Positions 22,129-30,051 of a DNA stretch of 32,000 bases are shown here, piece by piece. Within the stretch, counting starts at the first letter, position 1; the number at the start of each line of letters is the position of its first letter. A model generated the notes under the pieces. That model saw only the letters and a list, made by a program, of their open reading frames with translations, was not told where the DNA came from and ran no database searches. The translations under genes and the position numbers were made by a program. The stretch comes from Candidatus Velamenicoccus archaeovorus (GTDB lineage Bacteria > Omnitrophota > Gorgyraeia > Velamenicoccales > Velamenicoccaceae), in assembly GCF_004102945.1 (NCBI RefSeq), contig NZ_CP019384.1, positions 870,001 to 902,000 of the forward strand. The letters are read 5' to 3'.

Positions 22129-23283
22129 TCAGCTCTTTGCCATCTCCTTGATCAGCTGCAAGGCAATGATGTTGCGCTGGATCTGGTTTGTCCCTTCATA
22201 GATCTGCGTGATCTTGGCGTCGCGCATCCTTTTTTCAGCAGGGTATTCTTTGATGTAACCGTAGCCGCCGAAGATCTGGACGGCATCGGTCGTGACTTTC
22301 ATGGCCACATCCGAGGCGAAAAGCTTGGCCATGGCGGAATACTTGGAAACATCCTTGGCGCCGGAATCGATCATGCGCGCCGTCGCATAGATCAGGGCGC
22401 GCGCGGCTTCCACCTGTGTGGCCATATCCGCCAGCATCCATTGGATGCCCTGGAAACTGGAGATCGGCTTGCCGAACTGGAGCCTTTCTTTGGAATATTT
22501 GACGGCGGACTCCAGGGCGCCGGCGGCGATGCCAAGGGCCTGAGAGGCGACGCCGGGACGGGAGACGTCGAATGTCTTCATCGTGACGATGAAGCCCAGA
22601 CCTTCTTTACCCAGGATGTTTTCTTTGGGCACCTCGCAGTCCGTAAAGATCAATTCTCGCGTCGAAGAGGCGCGAATGCCGAGCTTGTCTTCCTTTTTGC
22701 CGAAGGTAAAGCCCTTCATTCCCTTCTCCAGGATAAAGGCCGTGGCTCCGCGGGCCCCTTTGGTCTTGTCGGTCATGGCAATAACGACATAGGTGTCGGC
22801 GTCACCGCCGTTGGTGATGAAATGTTTCATGCCGTTCAAGACGTAATGTTCGCCTTTCTTTTTCGCCGTCGTCTGGATGGCGCTGGCGTCCGAGCCCGCG
22901 GCAGGTTCCGTGACGGCAAAAGCGGCGAGTTTTTTGCCGGCGGCGAGGTCCGGCAGGTATTTTTTCTTCTGTTCGTCGTTGCCGAACAAAAGGATCGGAT
23001 CCAAGCCGAGATAAGACGCAGCGAAGCACAGCGTGATGCCGCCGCAGGCTTTGGATAGCTCTTCGGTCGCAATACAGGTTTCCAATACCCCTCCTCCCAA
23101 TCCGCCGTATTCGACGGGGATGGAGACGCCGAAAAGATCCGCCTGGGCCAGGAGCTTGACGATGGGCCAGGGGAATTCTTCTGTTTTGTCGTATTCGGCG
23201 GCGACGGGCGCGATCTTCTCCTGCGCAATCTGACGACAGAGGTCGCGGATCATGATTTGTTGTTCATTGAGCAGGTAATCCAT
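22129..23283 (-). CDS. bcd: Acyl-CoA dehydrogenase (butyryl-CoA dehydrogenase-like)
   Basis: The 384-aa ORF contains AFAVTEPAAGSDA, FITNGGDADTYVV, and QIFGGYGYIKEYPAEKRMRDAKITQIYEGTNQIQR with the catalytic Glu context. It lies adjacent to etfBA. Confidence 0.92.
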   Translation of the reverse strand: MDYLLNEQQIMIRDLCRQIAQEKIAPVAAEYDKTEEFPWPIVKLLAQADLFGVSIPVEYGGLGGGVLETCIATEELSKACGGITLCFAASYLGLDPILLFGNDEQKKKYLPDLAAGKKLAAFAVTEPAAGSDASAIQTTAKKKGEHYVLNGMKHFITNGGDADTYVVIAMTDKTKGARGATAFILEKGMKGFTFGKKEDKLGIRASSTRELIFTDCEVPKENILGKEGLGFIVTMKTFDVSRPGVASQALGIAAGALESAVKYSKERLQFGKPISSFQGIQWMLADMATQVEAARALIYATARMIDSGAKDVSKYSAMAKLFASDVAMKVTTDAVQIFGGYGYIKEYPAEKRMRDAKITQIYEGTNQIQRNIIALQLIKEMAKS

Positions 23284-23313
23284 GAGTGCATTCCTTTCTT
23301 GTGTTGTTCTGTG

Positions 23314-23772
23314 CTATCCGATTGTTTTGACCAGGGCAATCTCGCCGCAATTCGGGAATTTGGGGCAATGGCAGCATTCGGCCCAGATCTTGTGCGGCAG
23401 CCTTGACTTCGGGACGGTCCTGAAACCGAATTTTTTGAAGAATTTCGGCTGATAGGATAACGCAAAAACCTTCTCGATTTCCAGCCCGGCGGCTTCCTCA
23501 AGCAATGACCGCATCAAGAGCGCGCCGAATCCTTTTTTTTGGAATTTTTTGTGGACGGCCAGGGATTTGATCTCTGCCAGGTTATCCCAGCCGACGATGT
23601 GCAGGGCGGCACAGCCGACGACGCGGCCGTTGGGATCCAGGGCGACCCAGAAGTCACGGATGTTTTCAAATATCTCATTGAGGGACCTGGGCAGCATCAG
23701 GTCTTGGCTGGCAAAGGCATTGATGAGTTTTTGGATGGTCTTGGCGTCTCCGATCCCTGCTTTTCTGATCAT
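23314..23772 (-). CDS. GNAT family N-acetyltransferase (short ArgA-like amino-acid acetyltransferase type)
   Basis: MIRKAGIGDAKTIQKLI......AEIKSLAVHKKFQKKGFGALLMRSLLEEA contains the acetyl-CoA Q/RxxGxG/A motif, and the ORF has a Cys-rich C-terminus, CCHCPKFPNCGE. I placed the start at ATG 23772, which has GAAGGA upstream. Confidence 0.82.
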   Translation of the reverse strand: MIRKAGIGDAKTIQKLINAFASQDLMLPRSLNEIFENIRDFWVALDPNGRVVGCAALHIVGWDNLAEIKSLAVHKKFQKKGFGALLMRSLLEEAAGLEIEKVFALSYQPKFFKKFGFRTVPKSRLPHKIWAECCHCPKFPNCGEIALVKTIG

Positions 23773-23812
23773 TTTTGATCCTTCGCACCTGCCTTTGGCC
23801 AAGGCGGGCAGG

Positions 23813-24035
23813 GGTGTTTCGCCTTCTGCTCAGGAGGAAGCCCTGGTCTAAAGACCAGGGAGGCTTCACTGAGCGCATCATTTACGGCATCTTTGCATTG
23901 TTGTTACGCGGCCGTAAATGATTTGCGCGAATTAAACCCAGCATTAATTTTGCCGCTGGGTTTTGTTGCACAAAAACAAAAGGTAGATTTTTTATCAACG
24001 ATGACTGTCTGCAAAATTAGTGCTGGGTTTAATTC
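23813..24035. repeat. Three-hairpin intergenic element, copy 2 (GNAT leader)
   Basis: The 64-nt core is 23813-23876. The GCGC-clamped 12-bp hairpin is atcatttacggc/gccgtaaatgat. The inverted-repeat pair is gaattaaacccagcattaattttgcc (23929-23954) and gcaaaattagtgctgggtttaattc (24011-24035), with an extra competing arm gctgggttt at 23955-23963. Confidence 0.85.
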
Positions 24036-24076
24036 AGACAGCAATTCAAGTTCACTCCGTTCCATAAATTGTGTCT

Positions 24077-25300
24077 TCATTTAATCTCCGTGCCTTTGGC
24101 GACCACGACGATCCCGTTGTCGGAGATCGTAAAGCGTTTTTTGTCCTTCTGGTGATCGTAGCCGATGATCGTTCCCGGAGGGATATTGATGTCTTTGTCG
24201 ATGATCGCCCGGCGGATTTTGGCATACCGGCCGACATTGACGCCTTCCAGCAGGATCGAGTCATGGACTTCGCTGTAACTGTTGACGCGTACATTGGGAG
24301 ACAAAATCGATCGCTGGACCCGGCCTCCCGAGACGATACATCCGCCGGAAACCAGCGAATCGAGGATCAGGCCCATGCGATCGGGGTTTTCTTCTCCGGC
24401 AAAGACCGTCTTGGCCGGCGGGAATTGTTCCTGATATGTGCGGATCGGCCAGGCCTTGTCATAGAGATTGAAGATCGGCGTCACTTCGATCAAGTCCATA
24501 TTGGCTTCGTAATAGGCGTCCAAGGTGCCGATGTCTCTCCAATAGAGGGATTCTTTCTTGTTTTCGTCTTGGAAAAGATACGCGAAGATCCGCCTGTTCT
24601 TTTTGAGCATCTGGGGAATGATGTCCTTGCCGAAATCGTGCGATGTATCCTTGCGCGCATCTTCGATGAGTTCTTCTTCCAGGACGTCGCGCTTGAAAAG
24701 ATAGATGCCCATGGAGGCATAGATCTTGTCGTCCTTGCCGGGGATTGTTTTTGGGGCCTTCGGTTTTTCCTGAAAACCGAGAATGCGGCCGGTGAGATCC
24801 GTCTGGATGACACCCAAGCCCGGTGACAATTCCTTGGCGAGCTCGACGACAGCGACGGTCATGTCGGCATCGCTGACGCGATGGAAGTCGATCATGCGGG
24901 CATAGTTCATTTTATAGATATGATCGCCGGCCAGGATCAGGACCAGTTCGGGTTTTTCCTGTTCGATGGTATAGATGTTCTGGTAAATCGCATCGGCTGT
25001 TCCCAGGTACCAGCTGTAACCGACCCTCTGCTGCGCCGGGATGACGTCGATATATTCGTTCACTTCGTTGTTGAAAAAATTCCACCCCAGGCGCAGGTGG
25101 CGCTGGAGTGAGATGGACTTGTACTGGATGAGCGTATGGATCTTGCGCAGGCCAGAATTGATGCAGTTGGAGAGCGTGATGTCGATGATGCGGTAGACGC
25201 CGCCAAAAGGAACGGCGGGCTTGGCGCGGTCTTTGGTGAGCGGGAAAAGCCGTTCACCCTTGCCCCCCGCCAGAATAAACGTGACAACGTTAGGTATCAT
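24077..25300 (-). CDS. glgC: Glucose-1-phosphate adenylyltransferase
   Basis: FILAGGKGERLFPLTKDRAKPAVPFGGVYRIIDITLSNCINSGLRKIHTLIQYKS.SL.RHL is followed by a C-terminal left-handed beta-helix region. I placed the start at ATG 25300, 2 nt after the marC-family stop; the track's 52-codon extension overlaps that gene. Confidence 0.9.
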   Translation of the reverse strand: MIPNVVTFILAGGKGERLFPLTKDRAKPAVPFGGVYRIIDITLSNCINSGLRKIHTLIQYKSISLQRHLRLGWNFFNNEVNEYIDVIPAQQRVGYSWYLGTADAIYQNIYTIEQEKPELVLILAGDHIYKMNYARMIDFHRVSDADMTVAVVELAKELSPGLGVIQTDLTGRILGFQEKPKAPKTIPGKDDKIYASMGIYLFKRDVLEEELIEDARKDTSHDFGKDIIPQMLKKNRRIFAYLFQDENKKESLYWRDIGTLDAYYEANMDLIEVTPIFNLYDKAWPIRTYQEQFPPAKTVFAGEENPDRMGLILDSLVSGGCIVSGGRVQRSILSPNVRVNSYSEVHDSILLEGVNVGRYAKIRRAIIDKDINIPPGTIIGYDHQKDKKRFTISDNGIVVVAKGTEIK

Positions 25301-25302
25301 GC

Positions 25303-25911
25303 CTATTTGAGCGAATAAATGAAGCCTGCGATCCCGAGCCGGACGATCATGACACCGATGGCGGCCAAGAAGATATAGCTGATCTTTGAAATGGCCTTGA
25401 TCCCCGATTTTCCTAGGATGGTGATCAGGACGTCGGAGAAACGCAGGACGAGCCATGCCAGAAGCATATTGAGGATGAGCGACGTCATGGTGATCAGCGC
25501 TCCGAAGGCATCCAGGAGCATCATGGTCGTGACAAGAACGGCCGGTCCCGTGATGAGAGGCGTCGCGAGGGGGCAGATACCGATGTCTTCATACAGCGAC
25601 TGGCTGGTAAATTCCCTGGATTTTCCCGGAAGCAAGAGATAGACCGAAATGATGAAAAGCAGGATGCCGCCGGCGATCCTGAAGTCGTCGATCGTGATGC
25701 CCAGTCCCCGGAGGATGAGCTTTCCCAGAAGTCCGAAGATGACGGCGAGCAGCGTCGCCGTCAGGATGGATTCGGCCAGCAGGCGTTTTTTCTGCTTGTT
25801 GGAGAGGTTCTCCGTCATTCCCAGATAAATGGGGACCGTGCCGATGATGTCGACGGCCAGGAAGATCGGCACGAACGTAACAAGATATAGTTTAAAAATA
25901 TTAATTAGCAT
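25303..25911 (-). CDS. MarC family (UPF0056) integral membrane protein
   Basis: The 202-aa ORF has six TM segments and the N-terminus FVPIFLAVDIIGTVPIYLGMTENLS.KQKKRL, which is typical of the MarC family. Confidence 0.82.
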   Translation of the reverse strand: MLINIFKLYLVTFVPIFLAVDIIGTVPIYLGMTENLSNKQKKRLLAESILTATLLAVIFGLLGKLILRGLGITIDDFRIAGGILLFIISVYLLLPGKSREFTSQSLYEDIGICPLATPLITGPAVLVTTMMLLDAFGALITMTSLILNMLLAWLVLRFSDVLITILGKSGIKAISKISYIFLAAIGVMIVRLGIAGFIYSLK

Positions 25912-25961
25912 AGATTTATATTATACAAAAAAATGCCAGGAAAACAAGAAAAAACTGATGT

Positions 25962-28175
25962 TCAACCGCCCTGGGCCAGAGCTTTAAGTTCAGGATTTGC
26001 GCCGTCATATTCGTAGGCGGCCTTCCAGTATTTCAGGGCTTCTTGGGTTTCCCCTTGGTCCCGCAACATGTTTCCTAAGGTTTCGGCGTATCGGGATTCC
26101 TTGGGCGCGAGTTTTACGGCCCGGCGCAAGGCTTCGATGGCGCGCTTCGGGTCTTTGTCCTTGAGGATCATGGCCTGGACATAATATCCTTGAGCAAAGT
26201 CCGGATGGTCCTTGAGGACCGCCGAAATCACTTTCTCGGCTTTCTGGTCGTCTTTCATGCGGGCATAGATGAGCGCCAGCCGGGCGCGCATCCATGGTTG
26301 TGCGCCGCCGTAGATGAGATTGAGGCGGGCATATTTATAGGCCTGCAGATAATCTTTCCTCTCGAAATAATAATCTTCCGCATACTTGAATGCCTCCGCA
26401 TTGTTCGGCATGATGTCCAGCGCGGCCCGGGCTTCTTTCCAGGCGGCCTCGTGGCACTCCAGGATGCTCAGGAGGTGCGCGCGTTTTAAGGCGGGGGCGG
26501 GATAGCGTTGGGCGATGCCGATGCGCAGGAGATCGACGACGGGAGGTTTCCAGGATTTGAAATTGACGCGGAAGGCTTTGATCAAAGAGGCGTTTTCGGG
26601 AACATCGCGCACGAAGATGAGCGCGGCATCATCGAAATAGACGCAGATCCATTGAGGGCTCTTGTAAAGATAGCGGATCAGCCCGACATGGAGGTCGCGC
26701 TGAGGATTACTTAGGAAAAAACCCTTGATGTGATAGCGGTCGACGAGCATCTCGATCGTTTCTCTCCTGCCCTCTCCCGCCTTGACGTAGTTCATAAAAA
26801 ATTCAGGGCCGTAGAGTTCTGTGCGGCCGTCGATGAAGACGCGGCGCTTGGGGTAGGTCTGACCGACGAGATACGACCCGGAGTTGAAATCGTTGAACAT
26901 GTGTTCGGGAAACGGATGGCCTAAAAGAAAACGGACGGCTTCCTCTGGATAGCGGTTGCGGGCGATCCCCCAGAGTTCCGATTTCAATCGGTAGGTGTGG
27001 AAATCGAAGCTGGCCGTTTCCAGATATTGCAACGCGCCCTTCGTCGGATAATAGAACAAGAACAGGACAAACGCGTAGAAGGCGATCGTCCCCCAGGCGC
27101 GGGAGGTAAAACGCGGCAACGGAGTGCCGTTTTTGAATGCGCTGTCGACATTGTCGAAGATGATGAAAACCGCCGCGATGGCGAAATAGGCGATGTTGCG
27201 TACCGCCAGCAGAGAGAAAACGAGGAAAAAGAGCCACAGCAGGATGTTTTGAATCGAGGTGCGGCGATAGTTGACGCGGAAACTGAAAAACGAGACGAGA
27301 ATGAGGACTTTATAATAGAGGAACCTGTGAAAGTCCAGGATATTGGACCAGGAGATGGGTCGGGCCAGTTCCTGGATGTATTGGAAGACGACCCTTCCTT
27401 TCTGGCTGATCTGTCCCAGGACGGCCAGGGGATATTCTGCTCCTTTCAGGCCGTGAGGATTGAGCAGGGATGCCGCAAGCATGAGCAGGAAGACGACGAT
27501 AAGGGTGTGGATCTGGGCTTTCGTCATTCTCCGGTTGTCCTTCCACTCCCCGGGAAGCGGGACAACCCGTTGGATGAGTTCGGCGGCGAGGTCTATCAGA
27601 ATGAGGACAGGGCCCAGAAAAGAGAAGCCGTGCATGTTGACCCAGACTGCCTGCAAGACGGGCAACGACCAGACGAGGACATGTTTTCGCTTTTTATATT
27701 CCTTGAGGATGAAAAAATAAAGGGCGAGAAAGAAAAGGCTGAAGATGTCGGGGCGGATGGTGAACCTGTAGGCCATCGTCAGCATCGCCAGGTAGAGAAT
27801 GACAAAGACAAAAACAGGATGGCCGCGTCTGATGCCGAAGAACAAAAGCAAAAGAAATGTTGCGGCAACGACGATGTTTTGCATGAGGATCAATCCATCG
27901 GCCCCCCCTGTCAGGAAACTGAGGAACGCCAGCAGTTGGAAGAGCCATTCGTGATTGATCCACGGCTTGCCCGCCATGGTGAAGGAGAAAATATCGTTGA
28001 GAGGGACAAGGCCTGTCTTGACGATGATCTCGCCGGTCTTGAGGTGCAGCCAGATGTCGAGATCGGAGACTTCCCTGGAACAATAGACGGACAGGATGAC
28101 GAAGAACAACAGGATAAGCAGCCTGTTAAGGATGAAATCTACGGAATATTTGATGCGTGCTGGATTTGGTATCAT
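25962..28175 (-). CDS. Polytopic membrane protein with C-terminal TPR repeats (possible GT-C/PMT-like glycosyltransferase)
   Basis: About 12 or more hydrophobic segments in the N-terminal two-thirds are followed by at least three TPR-like repeats (AEAFKYAEDYYFERKDYLQAYKYA...FAQGYYVQAMILKDKDPKRAIEALRRAVKLAP...YAETLGNMLRDQGETQEALKYWKAAYEYD). I placed the start at ATG 28175, because the track start 28229 would include a TGGTATAAT promoter box. The function is inferred from architecture only. Confidence 0.65.
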   Translation of the reverse strand: MIPNPARIKYSVDFILNRLLILLFFVILSVYCSREVSDLDIWLHLKTGEIIVKTGLVPLNDIFSFTMAGKPWINHEWLFQLLAFLSFLTGGADGLILMQNIVVAATFLLLLFFGIRRGHPVFVFVILYLAMLTMAYRFTIRPDIFSLFFLALYFFILKEYKKRKHVLVWSLPVLQAVWVNMHGFSFLGPVLILIDLAAELIQRVVPLPGEWKDNRRMTKAQIHTLIVVFLLMLAASLLNPHGLKGAEYPLAVLGQISQKGRVVFQYIQELARPISWSNILDFHRFLYYKVLILVSFFSFRVNYRRTSIQNILLWLFFLVFSLLAVRNIAYFAIAAVFIIFDNVDSAFKNGTPLPRFTSRAWGTIAFYAFVLFLFYYPTKGALQYLETASFDFHTYRLKSELWGIARNRYPEEAVRFLLGHPFPEHMFNDFNSGSYLVGQTYPKRRVFIDGRTELYGPEFFMNYVKAGEGRRETIEMLVDRYHIKGFFLSNPQRDLHVGLIRYLYKSPQWICVYFDDAALIFVRDVPENASLIKAFRVNFKSWKPPVVDLLRIGIAQRYPAPALKRAHLLSILECHEAAWKEARAALDIMPNNAEAFKYAEDYYFERKDYLQAYKYARLNLIYGGAQPWMRARLALIYARMKDDQKAEKVISAVLKDHPDFAQGYYVQAMILKDKDPKRAIEALRRAVKLAPKESRYAETLGNMLRDQGETQEALKYWKAAYEYDGANPELKALAQGG

Positions 28176-28211
28176 GTGGTCAAAAGCGGCAGTAGATATA
28201 TGAATTGTTAG

Positions 28212-28220
28212 TATTATACC
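28212..28220 (-). promoter_or_regulatory. Extended -10 promoter (TGGTATAAT) of the TPR membrane protein gene
   Basis: The minus strand reads TGGTATAAT at 28220-28212, about 37 nt upstream of ATG 28175. I saw no convincing -35 box, and none is required for extended -10 promoters. Confidence 0.4.
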
Positions 28221-28263
28221 AAAGCGCACCGCCTTCCTTCCATGAGAATAATTTATTTTCTCT

Positions 28264-28409
28264 GGAGCCCCGCCTTGCCCTTCGGGCCTGCCACTGACTT
28301 TCAGTCAGGGGCTCTCCGTGGGGCGACGTCCCGATCCGCCATGGTTATGTTCGCGGCTAAGGCCGCAGGCATAACCCGTCCACAGGCATAGCCTCGTCCG
28401 CCCCAGGCG
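28264..28409. other. GC-rich multi-hairpin spacer (unclassified structured element or REP-like cluster)
   Basis: gagcccc/ggggctc (28264-28270 / 28307-28313) encloses two hairpins, gccc-ttc-gggc and ctgac-tttca-gtcag. Further along are ggttatg/cataacc (28342-28348 / 28369-28375) enclosing gcggc-taag-gccgc, and ccgcc-cca-ggcgg (28397-28409). Confidence 0.4.
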
Positions 28410-28442
28410 GGCAGGGAATTCTGACCAAGGGATTAAGGATGG

Positions 28443-29594
28443 CTAGACGATGATTTTGGGAATGATGAAGAGGCATAGGAAGCTCGCCGCGGATGACATG
28501 ACGATAAGTCCCTGCAGGCCCAAGACGGGCAACAGGAAGGCGCCGCAAAAATTGCTCGCCACAACGGCCAGATTGCTGAGGCTGGTCAAGAGGGCAAACG
28601 AGGCGGCTTCCAACCCCGGGATGGAGTTCCTGGCCATGAAATCCAGGATCATGAGGAAGACGAACATGCCCATGAGGCTATAGACGATATCGTAGGCGAC
28701 AGCCGTGGCCGGCGTGTAATGAAGATAGCTCAAGGTCGTCGCCGCGCCCAGGAAGACCGAGAAAAACAGCCATTTTTTGAGGTTTATCTTCTGGCTGAAT
28801 TTGAAATACAGCAAAGCCCCGATGACGGCGAACACCGTGCCGATGGTGCCCAGCGCTCCGATCCAGACCTTGCTCCATTTGAAGACATCTTTCTGGACGA
28901 ACAAGAGCGGCGTGCCGAACGACGGCGCAAACTGATACAGGAAAACGAACAGTCCTGCCCACACGAGCCTTCGTGAACCGAGCAACGTTTTCATGTCCTG
29001 GATGAATTTCGAGGCCGTCTCCCTGCGGATGGGTTCTCCTGCGTTATAAAAATATGCGAAGGCCCCCGCAATGATGTAGACGGGGATCAGGCAAAGATAT
29101 CCTGTCGTATAGTCCCACTTTTCGGCAATGTAGCCTCCTCCTATGCCGGTGATGAGTGTTGCGACAGAGATGGATATCCACTGCACGCTCTGGATTTTTC
29201 CGGTGGCGTTGTGTTGTTTGCCTTCGACGCACATGATGCCGTCGACAGACACATCCCTGAAGGCGGCCCAGGCAGAGCTGACGATAAGCATTCCGACGAG
29301 GAAGGCCAGGGGGAGATGGTTGGATCCTATCACGGCCGCCAAAAGCGCGCTGCACGACAGGGAAATAAGGATCCATATCTTTTTGTTCAGGAAATTGTCT
29401 ACGATGTATCCTATGGCGGGCTTGACGAGCCAGGCGAAAGTGATCACGCCGGAAATGAGCATGATCTTTTCCGGCGTGAATTTTAATGATTCCTTCAGAT
29501 AATAAAAAAGACCCTGGGAAGGGAGTGTTTCAATGCCTTGCGTGAAGTAAACAGCGCTGCTGAGGCAGAAGACCCGTAATAACCTATTGTTCAT
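28443..29594 (-). CDS. MFS-type transporter of the BT1 (folate/biopterin transporter) family
   Basis: The 383-aa ORF has about 12 TM segments. The N-terminal pattern AVYFTQGIETLPSQGLFYYLKESLKFTPEKIMLISGVITFAWLVKPAIGYIVDN resembles the BT1 family. The substrate is unknown. Confidence 0.7.
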   Translation of the reverse strand: MNNRLLRVFCLSSAVYFTQGIETLPSQGLFYYLKESLKFTPEKIMLISGVITFAWLVKPAIGYIVDNFLNKKIWILISLSCSALLAAVIGSNHLPLAFLVGMLIVSSAWAAFRDVSVDGIMCVEGKQHNATGKIQSVQWISISVATLITGIGGGYIAEKWDYTTGYLCLIPVYIIAGAFAYFYNAGEPIRRETASKFIQDMKTLLGSRRLVWAGLFVFLYQFAPSFGTPLLFVQKDVFKWSKVWIGALGTIGTVFAVIGALLYFKFSQKINLKKWLFFSVFLGAATTLSYLHYTPATAVAYDIVYSLMGMFVFLMILDFMARNSIPGLEAASFALLTSLSNLAVVASNFCGAFLLPVLGLQGLIVMSSAASFLCLFIIPKIIV

Positions 29595-30021
29595 TTCCCG
29601 GCGGATTTGGGGCAGCCGGTGCCGGCGTCTTTGGAGTTTCGGCCGCGACTGCCGGTGCCGGGGTTGCTGGCGTTGTCTGTTGGGCCGGCGCGGGGGCCTG
29701 GGCCTGCGCCGGGGCCGTTGCCGCCTTTGAATCCGGCGTCTGCGCAGGAGCCTGAGCCGCGGGAGCGGTCGGCAGGTAACGTTCTACCAGTGAGCGGCTT
29801 TTCTGGATGGACATGAACGCCAGCGACAGGCATGTAAAGAAAAATACGATCGCCAGGACCGTTGTGGATTTCACGAGGAACGAGCTTGTTTTTGTCCCGA
29901 AGATGGACTCGGCCGACGAAAACGTTTCGATGAGCCCCCCTCCCCGCCCCTGCTGGACGAGGACGATCAGGATAAGAAGGGTGCAGGCGGTGATATGGAT
30001 GGTGATGATGAGCGCGAACAT
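29584..30021 (-). CDS. secG: Preprotein translocase subunit SecG with a long Pro/Ala/Thr/Gln-rich C-terminal tail
   Basis: ILIVLVQQGRGGGLIETFSSAESIFGTKTSSFLVKSTTVLAIVFFFTCLSLAF is the SecG core. The gene sits in the canonical position downstream of tpiA. About 65 low-complexity residues follow the core. Confidence 0.85.
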   Translation of the reverse strand: MFALIITIHITACTLLILIVLVQQGRGGGLIETFSSAESIFGTKTSSFLVKSTTVLAIVFFFTCLSLAFMSIQKSRSLVERYLPTAPAAQAPAQTPDSKAATAPAQAQAPAPAQQTTPATPAPAVAAETPKTPAPAAPNPPGNEQ

Positions 30022-30051
30022 AAACTTGGACTCCTTGATTGGCCCTGCGGC

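Noticed and set aside
28269-28289. Second SRP-like string on the minus strand (CAGGCCCGAAGGGCAAGGCGG)
   Set aside because: It sits inside a three-way junction, its loop is a GAA triloop rather than GNRA closed as in SRP, and the AGCA motif is missing.
28397-28409. ZTP (pfl) riboswitch 3' sub-domain look-alike (CCGCCUGGGGC on the minus strand)
   Set aside because: Here the CCGCC pairs with an immediately adjacent GGCGG to make a simple local hairpin. I found no upstream pfl 5' domain, and the downstream gene context (a membrane TPR protein) does not fit purine or folate metabolism.
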